64,000 bases of DNA from Eledone cirrhosa (Eukaryota), in assembly GCA_964016885.1 (NCBI GenBank), contig OZ024742.1, forward strand, positions 27,280,001-27,344,000, in the 5' to 3' direction. Below the pieces are notes generated by a model, which had not been told where the DNA came from, did not search any database, and worked only from the letters and a program-made list of their open reading frames with translations. The stretch's first letter is position 1. Each line of letters begins with the position of its first letter. Positions 1-14,191 of the stretch are shown here, in pieces. The position numbers and the translations under genes were made by a program.

Positions 1-1746
1 GAGAGAATTGACCTAGATGAAATGCAGTTCGGGTTTGTGTCAGGCAAAAGTACCACAGATGCTCTTTTCATTGTACGTCAACTACAGGAGAAGTACCTAG
101 CTAAAGGTAAACCCCTCTACTTAGCTTTTGTCGACTTGGAGAAAGCCTTCGACAGAGTCCCCCGTTCCATTATCTGGTGGGCCCTTAGAAAACTAGGTGT
201 CGACGAATGGCTTGTGAGAGCTATACAAGCCATGTATAAAGAAACAGTCAGCAAGGTTAGAATTAACAACGAATATAGTGAAGAGTTTAGCGTAAAAGTT
301 GGCGTCCATCAGGGCTCTGTTCTCAGCCCCCTACTATTTATTATTGCCCTTCAGGCTATAACAGAGGAGTTCAAGACCGGCTGCCCATGGGAACTCCTAT
401 ACGCAGACGACCTGACACTCATAGCTGAATCAATGGCCGAGCTAGAGAAGAAATTCCAAACATAGAAGCACGGCCTAGAATCAAAAGGCCTTAAAATTAA
501 CCTGGCTAAGACTAAAGTTCTAGTTTGTAGGAAAGAAAATAAGGCGGCGGTCCCTTCCGGGAAATGGCCATGCTCAGTGTGTAGGAAAGGCGTAGGTAGA
601 AACTCCATTTTATGTCCCAAATGCAAAGTATGGGTGCATAAAAGATGTAGTGGGATCACAGGTAAGCTAACTAAGAACTTAGATTTTACATGTGGGCGGT
701 GCTCTGGTGCAATAAGTAGCAGTGAGTGCCCACAAAATACTAACTCTTTCAATTGCGCAGAGGGCTCTATAGAAATAGTGGACAGCTTCCGTTACCTGGG
801 TGACAAAATCAGCAGTGGGGGAGGGTGCTCCGAAAGTACAGTAGCTAGAGTCAGAACTGGATGGAAAAAGTTCAGAGAGATTATACCATTATTAGCCGCT
901 AAAGGGTTCTCCCTAAAAATGAAAGGCAGGTTGTATGATGCCTGCATACGAACAGCAATGTTGCATGGCAGTGAGACCTGGGCATTGTGCGCAGAGGATA
1001 TACGCAGACTAGAGAGGAACGAAGCTTGCATGCTCCGCTGGATGTGTAATAGTAATATACGTGAACGGCAAAGCATAAACGAACTAAGGAAAAAATTAGA
1101 AATAAGAGGGATCGATGTTGTCTACTCGAGAGAAGGCTACGTTGGTATGGACACGTGATGCGCATGAAAGTCGATAGCTGTATAACAAAGTGCAGGGCAA
1201 TAAAGATAGACGGTAGCCACGGAATAGGCAGACCTAGAAAATCCTGGGACGAGCTGATAAACTCCGACCTCACACACTTACACCTCTCCAAGACAATGTC
1301 ACTGGACCGAGACCTTTGGCGGTACTCAGTAATAGAGAAGACCCGCCTTACCTAAATACATAGTAAAACCTACTACAGCCAGTAGGCATCTCTAACAAAA
1401 TACACCCCCGTCCCACCACCCACACCCCATCCACACCACCTCCTCCTATGTAAAGTTATGTTGGTGCCACAACATCCAGGCCGAAACAAATGAGATCGTG
1501 TAGGTGTCACGACAAAAAAAACACAGTCCACGCTGTAATGTGGCCGTGTAGGCAACACGGTAAAAACCTCCCAGTCCCACACTGTAAATGTAGTTGGTGT
1601 TAGGAAGGGCATCCAACTGTAGAAAACCTGCCAGACAGTCCTATGCGAGCAAGACAATCACTCTTGCCTCAAGTGGGAATACCCCCGTCCAAACCCATGC
1701 AAGCGTGGAACACGGACGTTAAACGTTGATGATGTTGATGATGATA
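1..1746 (+). mobile_element. RTE-clade non-LTR retrotransposon, 3' part (RT, Cys/His-rich insert, C-terminal domain, 3' UTR, (GAT)n tail); degraded, runs off the window start
   Basis: ORF 22-465 has RT motifs QFGF..GKSTTDA, AFVDLEKAFDRV, GVHQGSVLSPLLF and LLYADD. In-frame TAG at 463-465, then the frame continues (KHGLESKGLKINLAKTK, FRYLG, KGRLYDACIRTAMLHGSETW). Frameshift near 1110 into LRWYGHVMR..GRPRKSW. Ends GGACGTTAAACGTTGATGATGTTGATGATGAT at ~1714-1745. Confidence 0.93.
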
Positions 1747-2032
1747 TTGAGAGTGAGAAATATATAATTATATTTTGGGGATTTCATCGTAAAGAGAATA
1801 TGAAATATATATAAAGGTCCGTAGGATATGACCATATATGTAAAGATTCGGATTTATAACAATATAATGACGTTAAGATATGTGAGTATATATATAAAAT
1901 CGTTGTTATGACTGAATATGAAATGTAAACAAATATATTTTCAATATACATCGAGAAATGCCTTCTCTCGGCACGAGTCTTTCAGAGTGCTCAATAAAGT
2001 AATGTTTAGAACTTTACAACTGTATACTATGT

Positions 2033-2420
2033 AGGTGAGGAGGCGAATTGACAAAGTGGTTAGAACGTCAGGTAGAATAGTTTGCGGTATTCGTTTCAGA
2101 TCTTCCCACTATGTTTTCAAATCCCGCTGAGGTCAACTTTGTCTTTCAACCTTTCTGGGTCGATAAATAAGTACCAATGAAATACTGGGGTAGATACTCC
2201 CTCTATATCTTTTTCTCACTTCTATTCTCTTATTCTCTATCCTTCTTTGGAAGAAATCTGATATATACTGACCTGAACAGAAGATGGGCTGCGCCAGGTT
2301 TAATAATTGCCCTAGAAATACCATATGTAAATACTGCGCCCTTACGAGACCCCCAAGATTTATGTGACAACGCGTGCGTTATGTAGGTGAACTGGGCCAA
2401 CAGAGAGCTAGGCATTATGT
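2033..2420 (+). mobile_element. tRNA-derived SINE with a ~200-bp 3' extension
   Basis: A/B-box-like head (AGTGGTTAGAAC..., TTCAAATCCCGCTGAGGTCAACTTTG) and body CTTTC..GGGTCGATAAATAAGTACCA shared with many copies in the window. The same head plus extension recurs at 55110-55460. Confidence 0.7.
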
Positions 2421-2662
2421 ATATATATATATAATCCCTAGCTCGCTGTGCATTATATATATATATATAATGCCTAGCGCTCTGTTGGCCCAGTTCACCT
2501 ACATATTACACGCGTTGTCACATAAATCTTGGGGGTCTCGTAAGGGTGCAGTATTTACATATAGCATTTCTAGGGCAATTTTTAAACCTGGCGCAGCCCA
2601 TCTTCTCTTCAGGTCAGTATATATCATATTTCTTCCAAAGAAGGATAGAGAATAAGAGAATA
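2220..2662. repeat. Inverted repeat, ~200-bp arms (2220-2420 / 2468-2662) around a short (TA)n-containing spacer
   Basis: TTCTCTATCCTTCTTTGGAAGAAAT...GGGCCAACAGAGAGCTAGGCATTAT is reverse-complemented as ATAATGCCTAGCGCTCTGTTGGCCC...ATTTCTTCCAAAGAAGGATAGAGAA. Confidence 0.95.
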
Positions 2663-2664
2663 GA

Positions 2665-2853
2665 TAGGGCGGTGGATTGGCAGTATCGGTAGAGGGTCGG
2701 ACGCCATGCATTGTAGCAAAGAGTTACGGCCCTTTACGGCCTGAGTTCAAATCCCGCCGAGGTTAACTTTGTCTTTCATCCTTGCGATCGATAGAATAAA
2801 GTACCAGTAATACACTGGTTAATTGCTGGCCTTGTGCCAAAAGTAGAAACAAT
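2665..2853 (+). mobile_element. tRNA-derived SINE
   Basis: AGGGCGGTGGATTGGCAGTATCGGTAGA...GAGTTCAAATCCCGCCGAGGTTAACTTTG...AAGTACCAGTAA...GCTGGCCTTGTGCCAAAAGTAGAAACAATT; similar copies at 32925-33150, 33975-34185 and 36945-37132 (-). Confidence 0.8.
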
Positions 2854-3352
<499 letters not shown>

Positions 3353-3649
3353 TAAACCAGCGTTCGAATCGGAGACGTTTGCCGCGAAACACGATCATGA
3401 CTGACAACGAACATGCAAAGAAAATCCTTTATGGTTGATTCCCAACCTGCTAGAAATAGCAGTCAGGTTGGTTAACATGCCCTGAATGTTTTATTTCTTC
3501 TTTGATTTTATAAAATGAGTATCTATAAACCTTCCTGGATATACCCTTATTCCATTGCTGTACTTACTTTCCGATTGTCAGTTTTGTTTTGTGTGATGCG
3601 AGAATGAACCACCCAACAAACATCTCTCTTTTATATTATGTATAGATAA

Positions 3650-3900
3650 TTGTGAAGGCTCATGGCTTAGTGATTAGAGCATTGGGCTTGCAATGGAAAG
3701 GCGGTGAGTTCAATTCTCGGACCGGGTTATGTGTTGTTTCCTTGAGGAAGACACTTTATTTCACGTTGCTCCAGTTTACTCAGCTGTAGAAGTGAGATGA
3801 TAGGACTGGAGGCCCTATAATTAAATCACCCATGACACCTCCAACTTGATATACTTAAGAGAAGGCCAGCTAAACCTGTATAGGTGTGAGCTGTAACAAC
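3650..3900 (+). mobile_element. tRNA-derived SINE, second family; direct-repeat copy at ~5200-5432
   Basis: TGGCTTAGTGATTAGAGC (A box) and GAGTTCAATTCTC (B box), then AAGACACTTTATTTCACGTTGCTCCAGTTTACTCAGCTGTAGAA; near-identical text at 5207-5432. Confidence 0.75.
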
Positions 3901-5877
3901 ATAGATAATCCTGTAATTGAAGCATGTCAGTTCTTTTTTACCAGTAAGGTAAGGATAATGTTTAGAACCATGTATTTGAATTTTAACTCATATTTTGTCC
4001 TCCGTGTCTGGTGGGTGGGGTAGATTTTAGGATAATTATGTGTGTTTCCTTCAGTTCGTGAATAGCTTAAGATCGGTTTATATTTATTTAAGTTCTGCTT
4101 TTAGTTTTAATTATACACACGCACACACAAACTCAGACCCCCCCCCCCCCCCACACACACACACACGTCTGACTGAATACTCACGTGTTTTTTCAAAAAA
4201 ATTTTCCGGGTTCTTTTCGCAATAATTATGTCTCGAGTGTGTTGTAATTTTCGCAAGTATTTGCCTTAGCCACGCTTTGTTCCATGGCTTGTGATTGAAA
4301 CAGCTTGGAAGCTTATTGGTTTTCAATTCAGGTCCATTGTGTGGCACTTTGAGTAAGTGTCATCAAGCTCAGTCTCACAGAGGGAAACTGTTTGGTTGAT
4401 CTTCATCAACTCCGATGTCGTCTATGATAATGCCGTCATACAATGCGGAGTGGCGCAGCATGGGCTGCGTTACCCGATTTGTAGAGAAATGTGATCATTT
4501 GATAAATGCTAAGCTTCGAAATTTGGTGTTCAGTTAATCCAGGACTGAAGCTCTGGCAAAAAGATGAGCTACGATTAGACAGGATAGATAACCGGTAACA
4601 AAATGTGAACGGGTTGAATGTATGGTTAGTTCGTACCAGGACGGGAGAAAGTACGACAAGGTATATGTCCCTGTTTGCAACTAAATCTTATATATGATAT
4701 AAATTTAGCATATGTGAATGGTGGTTGTCCATTCAATAGACACCTAGTATGTCACTGTTAAATATTTGACAACCCACCGAAGATAGAAAACTTAGGTTTG
4801 CAAGGGAAACCTTAACTCAGTATCTAAAGAAATGTTAAAAGAAACTACGATGGATCTCCGTCAGTTTCGACGGTGAGTGTTTCCGTTTGTCGATTAACGG
4901 GACAGCCTAGTCCTGAAATTAACGTGTAAGTAGCTGAGCATTATACAGACACGTGTAACCTTAACATAATTATCGAGGTTTTCAGCGTGATAGAGTATGT
5001 GACGATGCCGACCTTTTGAATTACAGGTACAGTTCATCAGACAGGCTTTCAAACGGTTTCCTTCTATCCAGGTCGTTCACAGGACATAGAACGAAGCGAG
5101 GCTATGGTAAATATTTGACCAAGGCAGCACACAGTGGGATTCAAGCCGAAACATAATGATTGCAAAACAAATGCGTTAACCATTGGGCCATGCTGAAGGC
5201 GCATGGCATTGGGCTTGCAATCGAAAGGTTGTGAGTTCAATTCTCGGACCGGGTGATGTGTTGTTTCCTTGAACAAGATACTTTATTTCACGTTGCTCCA
5301 GTTTACTCAGCTGTAGAAATGAGATGATAGGACTGGGGTCCCTATCATTAAATTACCCAAGACACCCAAGATACCTCCAATCAGATATACCTCGGTGGAG
5401 GCCGGTTAAACTAGATAGGTGTGAGCTGTAACAACAACAACAACAACATGCTGACAGGCTTTTGAATTGTTTCCGTCTATCCAGTACTTTACAGAAGGCA
5501 TGGAATAATGCGATGCTATGATAAAAACATACCCAAGTTTTTACACATTGGGACACAACACGAGACATAATGACTGCGAAACGAACCGAACGTAATTATC
5601 CATTGAAAGGAGTTGATTTGATGGTTTATAGATTCTCAAAATTTACTAATGTAGTCAGAACAGAAATGTCTTTGCGTTTAACCTAGTATTTTATAGAGAG
5701 CTGTTACACCTAGTTTAATCGCCCCCAGTACATGACTGGGAGACAAATTCATGACCTCTATAATGATGTATGTCAAAGTTCTCTTGAATAGCAGAGACTA
5801 AATAACGTGATTCAATTTATTCGCCACACTGCTGATACTATCAACCATTAATAATAAGAACAGCTGAACACACACAC

Positions 5878-5977
<100 letters not shown>

Positions 5978-6110
5978 GGCTATATATGTGTGTGTGCGTT
6001 TGTTTGGGTGTAACGATTGTTGGAATATGAAGATATGTTTTTATGCAGTATTATGTCTGTATGTATATATATGTATATATATATATATATGTGTGTGTAT
6101 GTATATATGA

Positions 6111-6144
<34 letters not shown>

Positions 6145-6451
6145 GTGTGTATATATTATAATCGTGTGTACCGGTTCTTTTTTTACTGACATTTTGTTGA
6201 TTCAAGTCGTGTATATGATGGGGTGGGGGTGGGGGTGGTGCTTTAGGTACTTATACTCTATTTTTCTTCTCTCTCCGTTTTTTTCTTTCCTTGCTTGAAA
6301 GAATTGTATTGATGCCTTCAGGCATTGGATTATGTTCAGTGGATTTCGTTTTTTTTTCCAGTTAAAGCTTTACAAATTGCTTTTCATTAGAAGAAAAAGT
6401 AATAAATGTTGAAAGTAATAAATACAAGTTTTATATTCTGTTACATTAAAA

Positions 6452-7361
<910 letters not shown>

Positions 7362-7720
7362 ACAATTCAAATAAACTTTCCCCGTATTCTGCTTAATCTG
7401 ATTAAAATGTTCCTTCAACTCTTGTTCACTGGTAAAAAAATACCTCATATCTCAACATATATAATTATTTGCTACTCAGTAGGCAAATAAGCCTCTTCAT
7501 AATGCAATGACAGCGGCTTAGAGGTGGTGATCTTCATACGTTCCCATGGTGAAGTAAATGGACGTGAAGTGAACATATATCCTGGCACCATCTGATTGTC
7601 TAAATCTAAATCCGATCTTGTATATTCTTTGACTATGTGTATAAAAACATTAAGTCACACGGTGACGGCCTGACAACGACTGACGCATCTCGGGAGCTAG
7701 CTGAAAATGATGTATATATC

Positions 7721-7790
<70 letters not shown>

Positions 7791-7793
<3 letters not shown>

Positions 7794-10039
7794 TGGCGTA
7801 GCTAGGGTGTTCCAAGCAGGGCACATGCCACGGGCGCCATATTTAGGGGGGCGCAATTTCGACCTAGATCGATTTACATCAATGTCGTTTTTATCATTTT
7901 TAAAAATATAAGCCAAAAATGAAGCATGAGATTTCTTGATAGCCAACTTCCACGCCATGTCTAGTGCACTAGACAGAGCAGATGTCTGATTTGACTTCAC
8001 AAAAACGCACCCAGCCCCTCCACACTGACAGCAGGGTGGGTTGCAATTATGCGGGTGCTATTTTTAGTTATACATTGCAAAACAGCGGATACCTCACTTG
8101 ACCTCACAACCCCCCCCCCCCACACACACACACACTGACTGAAGGGACGTAGTTTTGGACGTGCAACTGGTGGACACGCAGGCGCTATTTTTATCATTGC
8201 ATTGCAATGACCAATACAAGATAATTATAATCATGAAGCTGGTTTACAAAACAGAGCAGTTTGTCTTGTACAACTGGTACATAAGACGTATAGCAAAGGT
8301 ATCATAATCCAAATGGCCAGATAGGATCGGATAGCTTCTATTAGGAATTCAATTTGACTCCAGTTTAGATGGTTCAATGTTTTCTTCTATAATACAGTTC
8401 GTCAGAATTTATTAAATCGTATCCAAAAAGCAAGATACTATGGCCTGCTAAATGATTCGACCCCTGACCAGGCGCACCGAGAACAACTGTCAAACGTTGT
8501 GCGATATGTTGATGTTGATTTCAATATGAAGACGGTCGTTGTGAGGGAATCTTTTCTTGGATTCATTCAAGTAATCAAAAAAGATGCCGCAAGCCTTGTT
8601 GAAACAATCGTGAAAGAGCTAGAAAAAGATGACCTTCCACTGCAGAACTGTCGATCGCAGTGCTACGACAATGCTGCCATAATGGCTGGGCACCGCAGAG
8701 GGGTTCAGCTGAGAATGAGAGAGAAGAATAATTTGATTCACTTCGTTAATTGCGATAACCATTCACTTAATCTGGCTGGTCTTCATGCAGCCCAAAACGA
8801 TTCTGCTATGATGAACTTTTTCAGTCGCATTGACTCGTTATACAACTTTTTTTCTCGTTCAACACGACGATGGGAAGTCCTTAAAGAAGTTGCTCCAGTG
8901 GTTATTAAATATCCTTCCGACACGCGGTGGAATGCTAGATGTACCGAGGTCAGACCGGTGGTGAATTATTTGACGCTGATTGTTCAAGTTCTCCAAAAAA
9001 TTAATGATGATGAAACAGAGACATGCGAGAGTAGAAGAGATGCCAGTAATCTCCATAATCGGATACTGAGTTATGAATTCCTGAACTTGATTGGATTCTG
9101 GAACACTATTCTCTCACGAATTGACCGGGTTCAAAAGAGACGTCAACATCCAAGAATGAATGTTCACGATGCTGCAGCTGATATAGGAGTCCTTCAACTT
9201 TATTTTAAAGAAGAAGGAACATCCTTAATTCATGAGTCTCTTGAAATGGGCTTCGACCTCTGCCAGAAATGGAATGTCGATTTTCCGAGGAGGCGAGGAA
9301 GACGACAAACCAATACTGAGGACGTCGAGGTGGCTGCCAGAAAAAAAGATAGAGAGCAATGTAAAGTTCACTCAATCGTCTTCAAACAGAAATGGAAGAA
9401 CGGTTTATTCGACTTAAGGAAACCGACTCAAGTTTTGGCTTTCTTCTTGATGTCAACTATCTGTTTTATTTGGCTGCTCCTGATAACCTTGACCTTAAAC
9501 AAAGGTGCAATAGTCTTGCGGAACTATACAACTCCGACATCGACGGAGAGCAATTGTATGAGGAAATCTTGGACTGCCGATCTTTGCTGGCTACTAGGAC
9601 AGCTGACCCAATTTTAAAGCCGGAGGCACTTCTCCAATTCATCATACAATACGGCGATGAATGTGTTTTTCCCAATTTGCGAATCAGCAGTCAAATAATG
9701 TTGACGATTTCGATTTCAATTGCCAGTTACGAGAGGTCGTTCAGCAAGCTGAAGCTAATACATTCGTATTTGCGAACCTCAATGGGCCAACAACAGCTGA
9801 CTGACCTCTCCCTTTTGAGTGTAGAAATGGAAGAGTTTGAACGAACTGATTTTGAGGAAATTATCAACCAGTTTGCCTCATTAAAAGCCCGAAAAATCAA
9901 GTAGTAACCGGTTTTTGTTTTTTTATTATAAATTCTACCGCAATTTCATCTTTGTGGATCTTGATTTTTGATGGGGGGGGGAGTGGGGGCGCAATTTTGG
10001 TGCTTGCCCTGGGCGCCGTTTACCCTAGCTACGCTACGC
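7791..10039 (+). mobile_element. hAT-superfamily DNA transposon (Tip100/ZMYM1-like), internally deleted
   Basis: Left TIR CAGTGGCGTAGCTAGGGT at 7791, directly after (TA)n. Right TIR ACCCTAGCTACGCTAC at 10022-10037. Subterminal GGGGGCGCAATTT and GGGCGCC motifs near both ends. Transposase remnant inside. Confidence 0.9.
8390..9904 (+). pseudogene. hAT transposase, 5'-truncated and frameshifted near 9350
   Basis: DSTPD.AHREQLSNVVRYVD, CRSQCYDNAAIMAG, VNCDNHSLNL, SDTRW, and C-terminal dimerisation motif FPNLRI..IMLTISISIASYERSFSKLKLIHSYLRTSMGQ; split over ORFs 8499-9617 and 9392-9904. Confidence 0.92.
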
Positions 10040-10047
10040 TAGGGTAA

Positions 10048-10177
10048 ATGTATTGACAGAGAGAAAAACACTTCAACAACATGTGTACCTGTCTTTTCCA
10101 CACCAATTCGGAGTGCCTAAAGCGGTCACAGCCAATGTTGTCCTCGAGGACAAAGCGTCTTCAGCGCCGGGAAATAC

Positions 10178-10183
<6 letters not shown>
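10048..10183. repeat. Arm of an inverted repeat whose partner is 13136-13270 (Penelope pLTR-like fragment)
   Basis: ATGTATTGACAGAGAG...GCGCCGGGAAATACGGTATA is the reverse complement of TATACCGTATTTCCCGGCGC...CTCTCTGTCAATACAT. Confidence 0.9.
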
Positions 10184-10250
<67 letters not shown>

Positions 10251-10251
10251 G

Positions 10252-10306
<55 letters not shown>

Positions 10307-10497
10307 TAATTTAATATATCAGCTAACATAGGCGCACAGATGCACGTCCATGCCAGCAAATACACAGGTTATGTCATAATACCTAGGTGGTTCAATGCAG
10401 GAGGGTGCAGAACAATAATATAAAAGACGTAAGATAAGAAAATATTTTTTTAAAAAAAATTTTTAAAAAATTTTTTTACTTACTTACTTAAATTTTC

Positions 10498-10579
10498 ACT
10501 CCAACTAATTAGTTTCTGCAATGGGATAAAGACAGTTACGTAATCCAACTGTCGAGAATTCATTGCGTCATCAGGGAGT
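10498..10579 (-). ncRNA. Type I hammerhead ribozyme motif, array copy 1
   Basis: Minus strand: ACTCC-CTGATGA-CGCAATG...CATTGCA-GAAA-CTAATTAG-TT-GGAGT. Confidence 0.8.
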
Positions 10580-11056
10580 CTATTCTCAGCTGAGTCTCCA
10601 GGCAATGCGCGGACACTGGCGGCTCATATAAAAATAATAATAATTCGGTAGAAAGAACAGCTTGCGAGGACTGGATTCTATGTACTGAAATTCTCACTGC
10701 TTCTAGTCAAATGGCCGATTCTAAAGAATCAATCACGTGACACAGAGGCTAGTTAGAAGGAATGGGATGGTAAGATGACTGACGCCTACTAACACCCCAA
10801 AAAAAATTTAGAAGTGGTTTTGGCAGGTTTGCTCGACAAATCAGTGATTTGGAGATAAATATAGATAATTTAATATATCAGCTAACATAGGCGCACAGAT
10901 GCACGTCCATGCCAGCAAATACACAGGTTATGTCATAATACCTAGGTGGTTCAATGCAGGAGGGTGCAGAACAATAATATAAAAGACGTAAGATAAGAAA
11001 ATATTTTTTTTAAAAAAATTTTTTAAAAATTTTTTTACTTACTTACTTAAATTTTC

Positions 11057-11138
11057 ACTCCAACTAATTAGTTTCTGCAATGGGATAAAGACAGTTACGT
11101 AATCCAACTGTCGAGAATTCATTGCGTCATCAGGGAGT
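11057..11138 (-). ncRNA. Type I hammerhead ribozyme motif, array copy 2
   Basis: Same sequence as copy 1. Confidence 0.8.
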
Positions 11139-11616
11139 CTATTCTCAGCTGAGTCTCCAGGCAATGCGCGGACACTGGCGGCTCATATAAAAATAATAAT
11201 AATTCGGTAGAAAGAACAGCTTGCGAGGACTGGATTCTATGTACTGAAATTCTCACTGCTTCTAGTCAAATGGCCGATTCTAAAGAATCAATCACGTGAG
11301 ACAGAGGCTAGTTAGAAGGAATGGGATGGTAAGATGACTGACGCCTACTAACACCCCAAAAAAAATTTAGAAGTGGTTTTGGCAGGTTTGCTTGACAAAT
11401 CAGTGATTTGGAGATAAATATAGATAATTTAATATATCAGCTAACATAGGCGCACAGATGCACGTCCATGCCAGCAAATACACAGGTTATGTCATAATAC
11501 CTTGGTGGTTCAATGCAGGAGGGTGCAGAACAATAATATAAAAGACGTAAGATAAGAAAATATTTTTTTAAAAAAAATTTTTTAAAAATTTTTTTTACTT
11601 ACTTACTTAAATTTTC

Positions 11617-11698
11617 ACTCCAACTAATTAGTTTCTGCAATGGGATAAAGACAGTTACGTAATCCAACTGTCGAGAATTCATTGCGTCATCAGGGAGT
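11617..11698 (-). ncRNA. Type I hammerhead ribozyme motif, array copy 3
   Basis: Same sequence as copy 1. Confidence 0.8.
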
Positions 11699-12244
11699 CT
11701 ATTCTCAGCTGAGTCTCCAGGCAATGCGCGGACACTGGCGGCTCATATAAAAATAATAATAATTCGGTAGAAAGAACAGCTTGCGAGGACTGGATTCTAT
11801 GTACTGAAATTCTCACTGCTTCTAGTCAAATGGCCGATTCTAAAGAATCAATCACGTGACACTCCTGCATTGAACCACCTAGGTATTATGACATAACCTG
11901 TGTATTTGCTGGCATGGACGTGCATCTGTGCGCCTATGTTAGCTGATATATTAAATTATCTATATTTATCTCCAAATCACTGATTTGTCGAGCAAACCTG
12001 CCAAAACCACTTCTAAATTTTTTTTGGGGTGTTAGTAGGCGTCAGTCATCTTACCATCCCATTCCTTCTAACTAGCCTCTGTGTCACGTGATTGATTCTT
12101 TAGAATCGGCCATTTGACTAGAAGCAGTGAGAATTTCAGTACATAGAATCCAGTCCTCGCAAGCTGTTCTTTCTACCGAATTATTATTATTTTTATATGA
12201 GCCGCCAGTGTCCGCGCATTGCCTGGAGACTCAGCTGAGAATAG

Positions 12245-12326
12245 ACTCCCTGATGACGCAATGAATTCTCGACAGTTGGATTACGTAACTGTCTTTATCC
12301 CATTGCAGAAACTAATTAGTTGGAGT
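12245..12326 (+). ncRNA. Type I hammerhead ribozyme motif, inverted array copy
   Basis: Stem I ACTCC (12245)/GGAGT (12322); CTGATGA 12250-12256; stem II GCAATG/CATTGC enclosing hairpin GACAGTT/AACTGTC; GAAA 12308-12311; palindromic stem III CTAATTAG; predicted GUU cleavage after 12321. Confidence 0.82.
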
Positions 12327-12395
12327 GAAAATTTAAGTAAGTAAGTAAAAAAGTTTTTAAAAATTTTTTTTAAAAAAATATTTTCTTATCTTACG

Positions 12396-12770
<375 letters not shown>

Positions 12771-12786
12771 GTATATATATATATAT

Positions 12787-12868
<82 letters not shown>

Positions 12869-12910
12869 ATATATATATTATATATATATATATATATACA
12901 TATGTATATA

Positions 12911-12977
<67 letters not shown>

Positions 12978-12995
12978 TATATATATATGTATATG

Positions 12996-13036
<41 letters not shown>

Positions 13037-13085
13037 TTGAGTACCTTACTTACTGTGGTTATCCCCGACGCAACCTGGGACCTAC

Positions 13086-13135
<50 letters not shown>

Positions 13136-13137
<2 letters not shown>

Positions 13138-13594
13138 ACCGTATTTCCCGGCGCTGAAGACGCTTTGTCCTCGAGGACATCATTGGCTATGACCGCTTTA
13201 GGTAGTCCGAATTGGTGTGGAAAAGACAGGTACACATGTTGTTGAAGTGTGTTTCTCTCTGTCAATACATCGATATGTCCAGGTCCTGGGTGTGTTGTTA
13301 TTCCTCCGAGGAACTGGAATCATATATGTGTGAAGCACACTTCAACAACATGTGTACATGTCTTTTCCACACCAATTCGGACTGCCTGAAGAGGTCACAG
13401 CCAATAATGGCTGTCACCGAAATATATATATAGCAGTAAATTTATAATTTACGATAAACGAAGCCAAATTTTATATATTTGACTTACTTCTTTTATTTTA
13501 CATTACTCCGGAGTAAACAAACCAACCTGCGTACTTCGTCGAGTGCTCCAATCTGCATACTGAGGTGTCGGTAAACAACTAACATATACTCAAA

Positions 13595-13600
<6 letters not shown>
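13136..13600. mobile_element. Penelope pLTR-like element with internal inversion and hammerhead
   Basis: 13182-13251 is inverted relative to 13337-13405; (TA)n on both flanks; contains the hammerhead at 13381. Confidence 0.7.
13381..13437 (+). ncRNA. Type I hammerhead ribozyme motif, intact core
   Basis: ACTGC-CTGAAGA-GGTCACAGCCA-ATAA-TGGCTGTCACC-GAAA-TATATATA-TA-GCAGT: 5-bp stem I, 11-bp stem II with one mismatch, palindromic stem III, AUA site. Confidence 0.88.
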
Positions 13601-13632
<32 letters not shown>

Positions 13633-13849
13633 TCGGATACTTTTTCGACATACCTCTTTATGTATATGTATGGTCCTGTAAATTCTGATAAGCGATCGTA
13701 GGTCGTACGGGAACCATATTGACGTACGGCTTTTCTTGGGAATTTTTATAACCCGGTGGAACCCTTCACCTCTCCGGTTTTATATGTGTGTAATTCTTCA
13801 TTCTACTGTGTCGTTTGCTTTGTTATTTCTGTTTACGTTTTACACACTT

Positions 13850-13932
<83 letters not shown>

Positions 13933-14075
13933 CGTGTATTTATCTTCCCTTCTCTCTCTCACTCCTTCTCTCTATATTTATATATCCCATTAATAATAAT
14001 GATAATTGTTTCTACTTTTGGCACAAGGCCAGCAATTATTCCAGTTTATTACTGGTACTTTATTTTATTGACCCC

Positions 14076-14151
<76 letters not shown>

Positions 14152-14191
14152 TAATAATAATGATAATAAATTTATGTCTCTCATTTTTCAG

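Noticed and set aside
5025-5050. CTGATGA on the minus strand
   Set aside because: No stem II or GAAA follows; it lies at a SINE junction.
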